From Candidatus Aldehydirespiratoraceae bacterium (GTDB taxonomy: Bacteria > Actinomycetota > Acidimicrobiia > Acidimicrobiales > Aldehydirespiratoraceae): a stretch of 64,000 nt of DNA. The position numbers were made by a program, and so were the translations under genes. The stretch spans positions 391,096-455,095 of the forward strand of contig OZ240616.1 of NCBI GenBank assembly GCA_965198315.1, written 5' to 3'. Position 1 is the first letter of the stretch. Each line of letters begins with the position of its first letter. Below the pieces are notes generated by a model. It did not search any database, had not been told where the DNA came from, and worked only from the letters and a program-made list of their open reading frames with translations. Shown here piece after piece: positions 29,613 through 38,554 of this stretch.

Positions 29613-30265
29613 CATGTTCGTGGAGCTTTCCGCCTGTCGAGAGCGCGGAGCCCTCTGGGTTGGTCGGGGTCGGTGCCGATCTGGAACCGGAAACGATCTT
29701 GGCTGCCTACAGGTCTGCGATGTTCCCGATGCCGATACAGGCTGACGGGTTGATCGGCTGGTGGTCGCCGGATCCACGAGGGGTTCTCGAACTCGGTTCA
29801 CTGCATGTGAGCCGTTCCCTGCGGCGCTCGGCTCGCCGATTCGAGATTCGCATCAACAGTTCGCTGCCTGCGGTTATTGATGCTTGTGCCAACTCAGGTC
29901 GGCCCCATGATTGGATCGATGCGCAGATCCGCGATGCCTATGTTCGGCTCGGCTCTCTGGGCTGGGTTCACAGCGTCGAGACCTGGCTGGACGGGGAATT
30001 GGTCGGTGGTATGTACGGCGTTGCTGTCGGTGGTTTGTTTGCAGGCGAGTCGATGTTTCACCGCGTCACGGATGCTTCCAAGGTTGCACTGGTGGCGCTC
30101 GTGGATCTCTTGGGTGACGGTCAGCGACGGCTGGTTGATGTGCAGTGGATGACGCCTCATCTCGCAACGCTCGGGGTTGTCGAGTGGCCTCGCACCCATT
30201 ATCTCGATGTCTTAGGTGAGCTGTTGGCGAGCCCTCTTCCAGAGCCGTTCCAGCATCCTGGTTAG
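29594..30265 (+). CDS. aat: leucyl/phenylalanyl-tRNA--protein transferase
   Basis: ILAAYRSAMFPM, WWSPDPRGVL and GGLFAGESMF motifs. Confidence 0.9.
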   Translation: MPVEPAPCSWSFPPVESAEPSGLVGVGADLEPETILAAYRSAMFPMPIQADGLIGWWSPDPRGVLELGSLHVSRSLRRSARRFEIRINSSLPAVIDACANSGRPHDWIDAQIRDAYVRLGSLGWVHSVETWLDGELVGGMYGVAVGGLFAGESMFHRVTDASKVALVALVDLLGDGQRRLVDVQWMTPHLATLGVVEWPRTHYLDVLGELLASPLPEPFQHPG

Positions 30266-30445
30266 CGCACACGCTGATTGACCGCGTCCAAGATGTCGAC
30301 AAACACGGTTAGGACATGCGAAAGCCCGGCCACTCACCGTCTGGAGAGGTACCGGGCTTCACTTCCAAGGACTAGTGCGGAGCGCGAGCCTTACCCGAAC
30401 TGTTGGCGAGCCCTCTTCCAGAGGCCTTCCAGTATCCTGGTTAGC
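30218..30445. repeat. 49-bp imperfect direct repeat pair duplicating the aat 3' end, enclosing a 130-bp insert
   Basis: 30218-30266 versus 30397-30445 show 4 mismatches. The insert contains the stem aagcccgg (30322-30329) / ccgggctt (30352-30359). Confidence 0.85.
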
Positions 30446-30446
30446 T

Positions 30447-30531
30447 GGAGGGATGGCAGAGCGGACGATTGCACTGGTCTTGAAAACCAGCGGGCTTCAC
30501 GGCCCCGGGGGTTCGAATCCCCCTCCCTCCG
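30447..30531 (+). tRNA. tRNA-Ser (anticodon TGA)
   Basis: Hand-folded. Acceptor ggaggga/tccctcc, anticodon stem ctggt/accag with loop cttgaaa, long variable arm, T arm ggggg-ttcgaat-ccccc. Confidence 0.85.
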
Positions 30532-30538
30532 CAATGTG

Positions 30539-31792
30539 ATGTGTCAAGACATAGGAAAGGTGTGAACCTGCGCGGGGCGGGGTTTTTTAGGGTTGGTTTT
30601 GGGGTTGGTAGTCGCGGTTGGGGTTGAGGGTTAGGTGTCGGAGGAGTTCGCCGGTTTGGGTTGCGATGACTCTGATGTCGAGATCGGCGACGAGGAGGGT
30701 TACGGGGGTGTGTTTGTGGGCTCTGCCGATGCCGATGTGGTGGAGTCGGCTGTTGTGGCGGAGTGTGACGGAGCCTGTTTTGTCGATGCGGTCGTGTCGG
30801 ACTCTGAAGTGGATGTCGGCACCGTTGTGTTCAGGACCGGTTTTGGGGAGACGCTGGTAGGCGGCGGCTGGGGTGGTGCGGCCGAGGCTGCGGTGGGGGC
30901 GGTTGTGGTTGTAATGGCGGGTGAATTCGTCGATGAGGCCTTGGAGCTGGTCGAGGCTGTGGGCAGCGGGTTGGGCGGTTAGCCATTTTTTGAGGGTTTG
31001 TTGGAAGCGTTCGACTTTGCCGCAGGTGGTTGGGTGGTTGGGTGTGGAGTTCTTCTGTTCGATGTCTAGGGCTACGAGGCGGGCCTCGAAGGCGTTTCTG
31101 CCTCCTTTGCCGCCCGAGAAGCGGGTGGTGTAGACCATGGCGTTGTCGGTGAGCGTGGACGCGGGAACGCCGTGGTCAGCACACGTTTGGTTGAAGGTGT
31201 CAACCACGATCGGGCCGGTGATACGCCGATGGACGGTGACCGACAGTGCGTAGCGGGAATGGTCGTCTAGCCAGGTGATGATCTCGACCTCGGCACCTGT
31301 GGCGAGCCGCCAGTGACAGAAGTCTGACTGCCACATCTGGTTGGGCAGATCGGCGGCGAAGCGGACATAGGACGACTTCGGGCGTTTCTTCGCGTTGGAC
31401 TCCACCAGACCCAGATCGACGAGGCGGCGCCGGACCGTCGAGGGCGACACGGTGATCTGGTGACGCTGTTGAAGGTGCCAGCAGACGGTGTGCGGGCCGG
31501 CGTCGAGGCCTCGGGAGGACAGCTCTGAGCGTAGGTTCACCACCAACTCGACTATCTCGTCACAGACCTTGGATGGTGAGCTACCGGGACGCCGCGACCG
31601 GTCTTGGAAAGCCGTGTCGCCCTCAGCACGCCAGCGGGCCACAAGCTTGCAGACCCAACCCTCAGACACCCCATAGAGCCTGGCCGTTTGGGCCTGGGTC
31701 CGACCCTCCAACACCACCGACAAGACAACCGATCGACGTTTCGACATGCCCCAACATCAGCCGACCAGACCCTTTCCTATGTCTTGACACAT
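30539..31792. mobile_element. IS481-family insertion sequence (1254 bp)
   Basis: Perfect 22-bp terminal inverted repeats: atgtgtcaagacataggaaagg at 30539-30560 and its reverse complement at 31771-31792. They enclose one transposase gene. Confidence 0.85.
30587..31747 (-). CDS. IS481-family transposase (DDE/rve integrase core)
   Basis: N-terminal HTH (RTQAQTARLYGVSEGWVCKLVARW), rve-core pattern (WQSDFCHW...DDHSRY...TDNAMVY) and C-terminal YNHNRPHRSLG. Confidence 0.9.
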   Translation of the reverse strand: MSKRRSVVLSVVLEGRTQAQTARLYGVSEGWVCKLVARWRAEGDTAFQDRSRRPGSSPSKVCDEIVELVVNLRSELSSRGLDAGPHTVCWHLQQRHQITVSPSTVRRRLVDLGLVESNAKKRPKSSYVRFAADLPNQMWQSDFCHWRLATGAEVEIITWLDDHSRYALSVTVHRRITGPIVVDTFNQTCADHGVPASTLTDNAMVYTTRFSGGKGGRNAFEARLVALDIEQKNSTPNHPTTCGKVERFQQTLKKWLTAQPAAHSLDQLQGLIDEFTRHYNHNRPHRSLGRTTPAAAYQRLPKTGPEHNGADIHFRVRHDRIDKTGSVTLRHNSRLHHIGIGRAHKHTPVTLLVADLDIRVIATQTGELLRHLTLNPNRDYQPQNQP

Positions 31793-32560
31793 ACCTTTCC
31801 TATGTCCTGAACCACAACACCTCCAGCTCCGCAAATGTGATGTGTCAAGACATGTGCTGAGCATCCCCCCTTTGGCCGGACACCTCGATTAGGAGGTAAG
31901 CCCCGAGAAGGCTACCCAACAACGTGACAGGGGTCTATATTGTCACGTCTATGGCTGGTTCGTGTCCAGGTCGTGATTCAAGTTCAATGGTTGGGTTGAG
32001 CCGTGTCTGGTTGAGCCTCGGGTGTGGATGTCGGCCAAGGGGAGTGTATGTTCCCACCAGGTGGCGCATTTAGACGTTTGGGAGCACAGCCCCCAACCGG
32101 AAGGCCTTCCGCAAGTGCGGCTCTCTTGAGCGTCGGAGGCGTCGGAGTCAATGGCTTTTTCAATGTCGGTCCCGGTCATTGCCTCCAGGATGGTGTAGTG
32201 GTCGATTTGGACGCCATGGAGGCTGGGGAGTCCCCCCTCTGTACCGGGGACCTCCTTCAGATTCGGTGTTCGCTCAACCCTGATTCTGGAGGCCCCCACC
32301 CCTGTCACCGAGGACTCAGTGCCTGCTTAAATCCGAAGAGCCGACTTACGACTTGTTGATGAGTGATATACGATTTGCTTATGAAGTTCAGCATGTTGAT
32401 GAAGTTCAGTAACCGCGCTCATAGGGCGGTGCACGACGCCGCCAACTCTGACACCGGCCGTGCCGCGCCGGAGACCCCTTTACCTTGTTGGTGGCCCTGG
32501 TGTGGCAATGTCGGGGTTGGTTGCTCGCTGCGGTGGGTAGGACTGTAGTCCCCTGTCATT

Positions 32561-34606
32561 TTGATGGCTTGGGGGGTGTTGTCGCCTGCTGTGGTCGGGT
32601 GTCTGGGACCTCTTACAGGGACATGCTTTAGGGCTGAATGTAAAGTGGTTGAGGCGCAGGCTCCGGGAGCATCCGAGTTAGGAACAATCCCAGAGCTAAG
32701 GAGCGTCTGTCTGTGGTTCGTGGACGACGCGGGGTTTGAGGAGGGGCCCGAGTCTTTGTGCAGCGAGTTCACTGATCCGGTGAGGGTGCCGGAGGGGCCT
32801 GCTGTGGAGGCGGTGCGGCCCCAGTTGGCCGCGGGCGGCTATCACTCGTGTCTGGTGACGTTGAGCGGCAATATCCGTTGCGCGGGCGACAACCTCCACG
32901 GCCAGCGCAACACGCCCTTGCCTGATGAGGGCCATTGGTATGTGAGCGTGGCTGCTGGGGGGTTCCATACTTGTGGTCTCCAGGACGACGGGGTGGTCAA
33001 GTGCTGGGGCGACGACACCTACGGCCAGAGCACCGTCCCGCAGGACGATCTTGTGTTCGCGTCGGTGTCGGCGGGGCCGTGGCACACGTGCGCGTTGACC
33101 GAGCCCGAGCCCGATGGGGCCGGGGGGTTGTTGAAGTGCTGGGGCAACGACTACGACGGCCAGCAGAGGACGTCGAAGGTGCGGCCCGATGACCTGTTCA
33201 GGTTGGTGTCGGCGGGCGGGTGGACGAATTTCCGGCCTGCGCACTGGAACTGGAACGGGACGGTGTACCGGGGCTTCCACGCGAGCCGCACCTGCGTGCT
33301 CGGCACCGACGGCTTCATCGTCTGCGAGGGAAACGACATGGGCAACCACACCTTGGAGCGCGTACTCGATCCCGACACCGGATCTTGCGTAAAAGATCCC
33401 GTCACCAAGGAGTGTCGCACGACCGGCGACGTCGGCCGTCACGGGCCGCTGGGACTGAGCGACGAAGGCACGCTGCATCACACCGCGGTGTCGGCGGGCG
33501 GCGGCCATGCCTGCGCGGTGATCTCTGACGGCACCATGGACTGCTTCGGCAGAAACCAAGAAGACCAGCTCGTCCCAATACGCCCGAACGGCGATCCGGG
33601 TCCGCTGTTCGACCCCGACAATCCCGACAATCCCGACAATCCCGACAACAAAGGCTGCCCCGCAACCGACGACGGCTCCGACGATACCGGCAACAACGGC
33701 CGCCCCGTCGCCGACCCCGACTACCGGTGGATCGAGGTCGCCGCGGGCGGCAGCCACACCTGCGCCACCATGCAACAGATCGGCGGGACCAGCACCAGGC
33801 TCAAGTGCTGGGGCTACGAGCAGTTCTTCAACAGCGAAGGCCACGGCGGCCACCCCACCAGCGCCGACGCCGGAATCAACCCCCGCAACCCCGTCGCCGG
33901 CACCAGCCACTACTGCTGGCTCCACGGCCCCGACAACAACACCCAAGTCAGCTGCCGCGGCGACGACGCCTTCAACGCAGCCCGCTGGAACAACCGAAAA
34001 ATCAGCTCCTTCGACCCGATGATACCCGCCGGCGTGGAGCCCGACGTCGACCAATTCCGCCTGCTGTTCGTCACCTCCGCAGTACGCGACGCCACCAGCG
34101 ACGCCATATCTGACTACAGAAACTTCGTCAAGGAACTCGCCGCCAACGGGCACCCCGCCATCCGCCCATTCAGCTCCAACTTCCGCGTCGTAGCCACTCT
34201 CTCGATGGGTTCGGCCTTCGGAAACAGCGACACCGCCTTCTCAAGCGACGCGGGCCATCCGATCTACTGGTTCGGCGGCGACAGAGTCGCAGGCGACCAC
34301 CGCGACTTCTGGGACGCAAACTGGGACTCCACCGATCGGCCCAGAGACGAATTCGGCCGCCTTGTGACCGAACAAGACCTCGAAGTGTTCACCGGTGCCG
34401 GCATACGAGGAAGCCCCCTCCAGATCGAAGACGTAAACTCAGCCTTGGGCAATGACAACGTCGGGATCGGATACCTGAACCACGCCGAAATCAGGCCCTT
34501 TTACGCCGACGACGCTGTCCTGGCGAACACCGAAGAAAGACGCTTCTACGCGATATCGCCGCTCCTCAAAATAACAGCCGACGGCCAGTACTACAAAGCC
34601 GACTAG
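32561..34606 (+). CDS. RCC1-repeat (beta-propeller) protein with unassigned C-terminal domain
   Basis: Repeated blades AAGGYHSCLV...CAGDNLHGQ, AAGGFHTCGL...CWGDDTYGQ, SAGPWHTCAL...CWGNDYDGQ, SAGGGHACAV...CFGRNQEDQ and AAGGSHTCAT...CWGY. PDNPDNPDNPDN linker. The C-terminal ~190 aa (FRLLFVTSAVRDATS...) is unassigned. Start uncertain. Confidence 0.75.
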   Translation: MMAWGVLSPAVVGCLGPLTGTCFRAECKVVEAQAPGASELGTIPELRSVCLWFVDDAGFEEGPESLCSEFTDPVRVPEGPAVEAVRPQLAAGGYHSCLVTLSGNIRCAGDNLHGQRNTPLPDEGHWYVSVAAGGFHTCGLQDDGVVKCWGDDTYGQSTVPQDDLVFASVSAGPWHTCALTEPEPDGAGGLLKCWGNDYDGQQRTSKVRPDDLFRLVSAGGWTNFRPAHWNWNGTVYRGFHASRTCVLGTDGFIVCEGNDMGNHTLERVLDPDTGSCVKDPVTKECRTTGDVGRHGPLGLSDEGTLHHTAVSAGGGHACAVISDGTMDCFGRNQEDQLVPIRPNGDPGPLFDPDNPDNPDNPDNKGCPATDDGSDDTGNNGRPVADPDYRWIEVAAGGSHTCATMQQIGGTSTRLKCWGYEQFFNSEGHGGHPTSADAGINPRNPVAGTSHYCWLHGPDNNTQVSCRGDDAFNAARWNNRKISSFDPMIPAGVEPDVDQFRLLFVTSAVRDATSDAISDYRNFVKELAANGHPAIRPFSSNFRVVATLSMGSAFGNSDTAFSSDAGHPIYWFGGDRVAGDHRDFWDANWDSTDRPRDEFGRLVTEQDLEVFTGAGIRGSPLQIEDVNSALGNDNVGIGYLNHAEIRPFYADDAVLANTEERRFYAISPLLKITADGQYYKAD

Positions 34607-34619
34607 AACCGGAGTCCAG

Positions 34620-34850
34620 ATCGGCCGACGCGGTGGGCGTATTGGGGACCTTGCGATACTTGGGTCGTCCCGAGACGCCACGCAGCCCTGCCTGTCTCAT
34701 CAGCATCTGGACGGTCTGGGGGCACACTGCTGTGCCCCGGCCCAAGACGAGCTCGGCACGGACCCGAATGGCTCCATAGGTCTGCCGGGAGTCGGCACCG
34801 ATCTCGCCGATGATCTCGCTCAGCGAGGCGTATCGGATCGACCGCGCTGT
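34620..34850 (-). pseudogene. IS3-family transposase (OrfB N-terminal/HTH_21) fragment
   Basis: SRQTYGAIRVRAELVLGRGTAVCPQTVQMLMRQAGLRGVSGRPKYRK matches the conserved IS3 OrfB N-terminal pattern (G.YG..RI.AEL......V....V.RLMR.AGL.G). No DDE core follows. Confidence 0.6.
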
Positions 34851-34890
34851 CGGCGGACGACCCAGCTGGCCGCAGTAGCCCGAGCACGGG

Positions 34891-36591
34891 ATGACCCGGC
34901 ACGGAGCTGGCCGTCGAGCTTTTGACACAAATCGGGTCGTTGGTCGGTTAGCCTGCGACTCGACCGGCACTCGGAGGTTCAAATTGGGTTCGCTGAATTC
35001 TCTAGGCCTGGAGCGCAGTTGCGGCTCTTGGCGTCTTGCGACTCGACATTTTCTCTTGGTGGCCTTGTTGGTAATTGCGGCTTGCGCTTCTGGAGACGAG
35101 GGCACTCCAGACCTGGGTTCGAACAGTTCTGTCGAAAACGACGAAGCCGCTCAGTCGGGCACGACCGCATCCGAGAAAGTCCAGGGATCAACAGACGCCG
35201 ACGATCGGATCGAACCGTCCGAGCGCGATTGTTCACCTCATATCCCCGACGATCTTCGCTTGTCCCAACCCTCTCCAACGGCTGCCAGCATCGAGATATC
35301 ACAGGCCACCTATGACTGCGCCCACGAGGTCGGTCTTGCGTTCGCCACCGACCCTGCCGCGATCTCCACGCTTCAGTCTCAGGGGATTCAGGGGCCGCTG
35401 CTATTCGTCGATCGTCAATTTGATGTTCCTCTGATGGACGAGCTCGGGCGTCTCGCTCCAGAGAAGATCATTGCTGTAGGAATCGACGACCGGCACCTTG
35501 ACGACGAACTGGCCGACTTCGTCTCCGAATCGGTAACTGTCGATCAGCAGGCAGAACTATTGCCTCAAGGTGGGTCTTATGACCGCGTCTGGCTCGTCGA
35601 CAACTACACCGAGGCTGTGCCGCTGGCGGTTCTCGGCAACCAAATCGGTGTCAGGGTGATCACTGTGCCTGGAGACCTCCGAGCCGCATCTGTCGAGGAA
35701 CGGGAGATGATCGCCGCTGCTTCTGAGGTGGAACTGCTTTCGGACTACGGCGAGGACGCAGCCTGGCAATTGGATGTAATCCGCCGTGGCCCTGAACTAC
35801 CCGGGGGTGGTTTCCTCCTGTTCGATCCAAACCAACCCCGCCGCATGGTTGCCATGTACGGCCATCCACAGACATCAGGGCTCGGAGTGTTGGGAGAACA
35901 GAGTCCCGATAGGAGTATCGAACGCCTCCGCTCCATCGCTCAGGGCTACGACGCTGACGGTTTCGCCGTATTACCCACCTTCGAGATCATCGCCACCGTT
36001 GCCGCGGGCAGCGCCGGCTACGACGGGAACTTCTCCAATGAGACCGCTTTGGACATACTCAGGCCCCTAATCGAGACAGCGGCCGCTAACGACTTCTATG
36101 TGGTCTTGGATCTTCAGCCGGGACTATCCGACTATCTCTCGCAGGCAAAGATCTACGAGGAGTTCCTGCGCCTCCCTCATGTGGGGCTGGCATTGGATCC
36201 CGAGTGGAGGCTGAAGCCCGGCCAACGTCATCTGCAGCAGATCGGCACGGTCGACGCGGGTGAGATCAACCAGGTTGTCGAGTGGCTGGCCGGGATCGTC
36301 CGTGAAGAAGCACTTCCCCAGAAGCTGCTGGTCCTCCACCAGTTCAAGTTCTCCATGATCACGAACCGTCATCTGGTCGAGACTCCCGCCGAGCTGGCGG
36401 TTCTGGTTCATATGGACGGTCAGGGTCCGCTACCGACCAAGTACAGCTCCTGGAATGCCCTCACCCGCCAGCCCGACGCAGACCAGTTCTATTGGGGTTG
36501 GAAGAACTTCTACGACGAGGACTCCCCCACCGCCACCGCTGCTCAAGTGTTGGCCCTGACCCCCACCCCCCTGTTCGTCTCGTACCAGTAA
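34891..36591 (+). CDS. hypothetical secreted/lipoprotein (LLVIAAC lipobox-like)
   Basis: Long ORF with good codon structure and a hydrophobic segment HFLLVALLVIAACASG. The start codon is uncertain, since ATG 34891 lies ~50 aa upstream of the signal-like segment. Family not recognised. Confidence 0.6.
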   Translation: MTRHGAGRRAFDTNRVVGRLACDSTGTRRFKLGSLNSLGLERSCGSWRLATRHFLLVALLVIAACASGDEGTPDLGSNSSVENDEAAQSGTTASEKVQGSTDADDRIEPSERDCSPHIPDDLRLSQPSPTAASIEISQATYDCAHEVGLAFATDPAAISTLQSQGIQGPLLFVDRQFDVPLMDELGRLAPEKIIAVGIDDRHLDDELADFVSESVTVDQQAELLPQGGSYDRVWLVDNYTEAVPLAVLGNQIGVRVITVPGDLRAASVEEREMIAAASEVELLSDYGEDAAWQLDVIRRGPELPGGGFLLFDPNQPRRMVAMYGHPQTSGLGVLGEQSPDRSIERLRSIAQGYDADGFAVLPTFEIIATVAAGSAGYDGNFSNETALDILRPLIETAAANDFYVVLDLQPGLSDYLSQAKIYEEFLRLPHVGLALDPEWRLKPGQRHLQQIGTVDAGEINQVVEWLAGIVREEALPQKLLVLHQFKFSMITNRHLVETPAELAVLVHMDGQGPLPTKYSSWNALTRQPDADQFYWGWKNFYDEDSPTATAAQVLALTPTPLFVSYQ

Positions 36592-36602
36592 CCCGGCCTG
36601 AG
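36528..36602. repeat. 75-bp direct repeat, copy 1 (left flank of the TA islet)
   Basis: Matches 38678-38752 with 3 mismatches. Covers the last ~64 nt of the 34891-36591 gene plus 11 nt after its stop. Confidence 0.9.
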
Positions 36603-36685
36603 CGGACTGTACATTCACTTCATTCTCGCCAGCCATCGAAGGAATACATCAGAGCATCATAAATTTGAGATGCTACGATGTCTGA

Positions 36686-36943
36686 ATGCGAACAACGTTG
36701 ACTCTCGATGATGACTTGGCCGCGGCCCTCAGAGAACACGCCCAACGGGTGGGAGTGCCGTTCAAGCATGTCGTCAACGACACCCTGCGGCGGGGCCTGT
36801 CCCCGGTGCTCGCAAAGACGGAGTCCGATTACAAGATCAGGCCCCACGACAGCGGTTTCAGACCCGGCGTCGATCCGTTGCGGCTGAATCAGCTCAACGA
36901 CTCGCTTGCGGCCGACGACTTCGCTGGTTCGCCGCCACAGTGA
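36686..36943 (+). CDS. type II antitoxin, VapB-like
   Basis: MRTTLTLDDDLAAALREHA N-terminus typical of antitoxins paired with PIN toxins. 4-nt overlap with the PIN gene. Confidence 0.75.
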   Translation: MRTTLTLDDDLAAALREHAQRVGVPFKHVVNDTLRRGLSPVLAKTESDYKIRPHDSGFRPGVDPLRLNQLNDSLAADDFAGSPPQ

Positions 36944-37365
36944 TTGTCCCGGACCTGAACCTGCTCGTCTACGCCCACAGCACCGGCGCGCCACTGCACG
37001 ATCCGGCCCGGCAATGGTGGGAGGATCTGGTGAACGGAACCGAACGAGTCGGGGTTCCGTGGCTGGTGGCGGCAGGTTTCGTGCGACTGCTCACCCACCC
37101 CAGGGTCATGAACACCCCAGCGGATCCGGCGCACGCCGTTGACCTCATGGCCCAATGGTTCAACTCACCCACCGTTTCACCGCTGAACCCGGGCCCCCAG
37201 CACATCGCGCTCTTGCGCAACATGCTGGCTGCCGCCGGCACAGGAGGAGACCTCGTCACCGACGCCCACATCGCCGCGTTGGCCGTTGAGCACCAAGCAG
37301 AGGTCCACTCCAACGACAGCGACTTCACACGCTTCCCCGGGCTGAGCTGGCGCAACCCGCTCTGA
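36940..37365 (+). CDS. vapC: PIN-domain ribonuclease toxin VapC
   Basis: MIVPDLNLLVYA (first acidic residue), TDAHIAALA and SNDSDF motifs. Confidence 0.85.
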   Translation: MIVPDLNLLVYAHSTGAPLHDPARQWWEDLVNGTERVGVPWLVAAGFVRLLTHPRVMNTPADPAHAVDLMAQWFNSPTVSPLNPGPQHIALLRNMLAAAGTGGDLVTDAHIAALAVEHQAEVHSNDSDFTRFPGLSWRNPL

Positions 37366-37416
37366 GTTCACCCAACGTCAAGCGAATTCTTCGGCAAAAA
37401 CAGTGTTGTTGGTCGG

Positions 37417-37686
37417 TTAGAGGTAGGAGTCGAGGGCGTCTCGGATGACTTGGCTCTCGGTGGTCTTGTCGGAAGCTGCCCGCTGCTTGATCCGGCTCTT
37501 GTAGCTGTGGGGAGCGCGGAATGTGTACACCTCGGCCCGTGTCTCTCCGATTCTCGGTGAGCGGCGGCGCGTCCGCTTGATCTTGGCGAGCTCGTCGGGT
37601 GTGAACTCGCGCCCCTCGAAGTCCGTGGCGATGGCCTCTGTCTCATCGCCGGTCAAGGTCTTGTCGGTCTTAGTCTCGTTGCTCAT
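37417..37686 (-). CDS. putative antitoxin (RHH-like C-terminus)
   Basis: ATG 37686 overlaps the upstream gene stop (ATGA). The C-terminal YKSRIKQRAASDKTTESQVIRDALDSYL resembles CopG/RHH antitoxins. Confidence 0.55.
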   Translation of the reverse strand: MSNETKTDKTLTGDETEAIATDFEGREFTPDELAKIKRTRRRSPRIGETRAEVYTFRAPHSYKSRIKQRAASDKTTESQVIRDALDSYL

Positions 37687-37934
37687 GGTCGCTCCCCGGT
37701 GAGGTAGGTGCGGAATACTGGGCGCAGTGGCATCGCGTGAACGACCAAGTCCTGTTCTGCTGCCTGGAGGTACAGGAGTTCGAGTAGGTTGCCCGCACGG
37801 TCGGGACCGATGCACAGGCTTTTGGTCGGTTCATGTTCGCTGTCGATGTCATAGAAGCCCATGGCGTGTTGCCATGCATGCCGGATGTCCTCGTCGGTCA
37901 ACCCGTGCCGGTAGGCCGACTCAAATATCTGCAC
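37683..37934 (-). CDS. small toxin-like protein of a conserved actinobacterial TA family
   Basis: 83 aa. The pattern AYRHGLTDEDIRHA...IGPDRAGNLLELLYL...VVHAMPLRP recurs in small actinobacterial proteins paired with RHH partners. Family name not recalled with certainty. Confidence 0.5.
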   Translation of the reverse strand: MQIFESAYRHGLTDEDIRHAWQHAMGFYDIDSEHEPTKSLCIGPDRAGNLLELLYLQAAEQDLVVHAMPLRPVFRTYLTGERP

Positions 37935-38025
37935 CGCTTAAGCGTAACACGTTTAAGGGTGGCTTGAGTCCGCGGACCTCGTCTGGGAGGACGCTGTTGG
38001 TGTTCTGTCTTGTTTTCTGTACAGT

Positions 38026-38304
38026 TTGAGTATGACCGCCAACATCACCACCAGTTCCAGCAGCTACACAGCGCCATTGACTGATGCCCGTAGTCGCCTG
38101 AGCGAGATCGTCGACGAGGTCGAGTCCACCGGGGCCGAATTCATCATCACCAAGCACGGCCGCCCAGCAGCTGTGATCGTGGGGCACGAAGACTACGAGT
38201 CGCTGATTGAGACGCTCAACATCCTTGCGGACAGCGACACCGTGGCCGCTATCGCCGAAGCTGAGGCTGACCTCGCTGCCGGCGATCTCGTTCCCCTCGA
38301 TTGA
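38026..38304 (+). CDS. Phd/YefM-family antitoxin
   Basis: LTDARSRLSEIVDEVESTGAEFIITKHGRPAAVIVGHEDYESLIETL is a classic Phd/YefM fold signature. Confidence 0.85.
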   Translation: MSMTANITTSSSSYTAPLTDARSRLSEIVDEVESTGAEFIITKHGRPAAVIVGHEDYESLIETLNILADSDTVAAIAEAEADLAAGDLVPLD

Positions 38305-38311
38305 TCAAATC

Positions 38312-38554
38312 GTGCCCAAACTGACCGCCAGAGCTAAAAGAGACCTGGATGGGTTACCCCCGGCGCTCTCGCAGAAAGCGCGTGAGCTCATCAGACGACT
38401 CGACGACGAGCCTGGACTCGGCAAAAAACTCAAGGGCCAACTACGGGACAAGCGCTCCGCGCGCCTAGGACGCTCTCATCGCATCATCTACACAGCGCGA
38501 CACGGTGACATTGTCGTGCTCACGATCGGTGCCAGGAAGGACATCTACCGTTGA
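38312..38554 (+). CDS. RelE/ParE-family toxin
   Basis: GTG 38312. A..DLDGLP....A..L...L...P..G..L.G.L.....ARLG.SHRIIY......I.VL.IG.R.D.Y is the RelE/ParE pattern. Confidence 0.75.
   Translation: MPKLTARAKRDLDGLPPALSQKARELIRRLDDEPGLGKKLKGQLRDKRSARLGRSHRIIYTARHGDIVVLTIGARKDIYR

Noticed and set aside
30267-30396. Degenerate tRNA or tmRNA-like gene in the aat/tRNA-Ser spacer
   Set aside because: Only one stem could be folded, and no cloverleaf, T-loop or anticodon arm. The cgggcttcac match to the tRNA-Ser variable arm is too short to interpret.
32696-34153. 485-aa ORF on the minus strand
   Set aside because: It is antisense to the RCC1-repeat gene. The translation is low-complexity Ala/Gly/Val/Arg-rich with no motifs, as expected for a shadow ORF in GC-rich DNA.
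34891-35040. Confident start and signal peptide for the 566-aa protein
   Set aside because: The only ATG is ~50 aa upstream of the lipobox-like segment, and no in-frame ATG/GTG/TTG gives a canonical signal-peptide length. The start is left uncertain.
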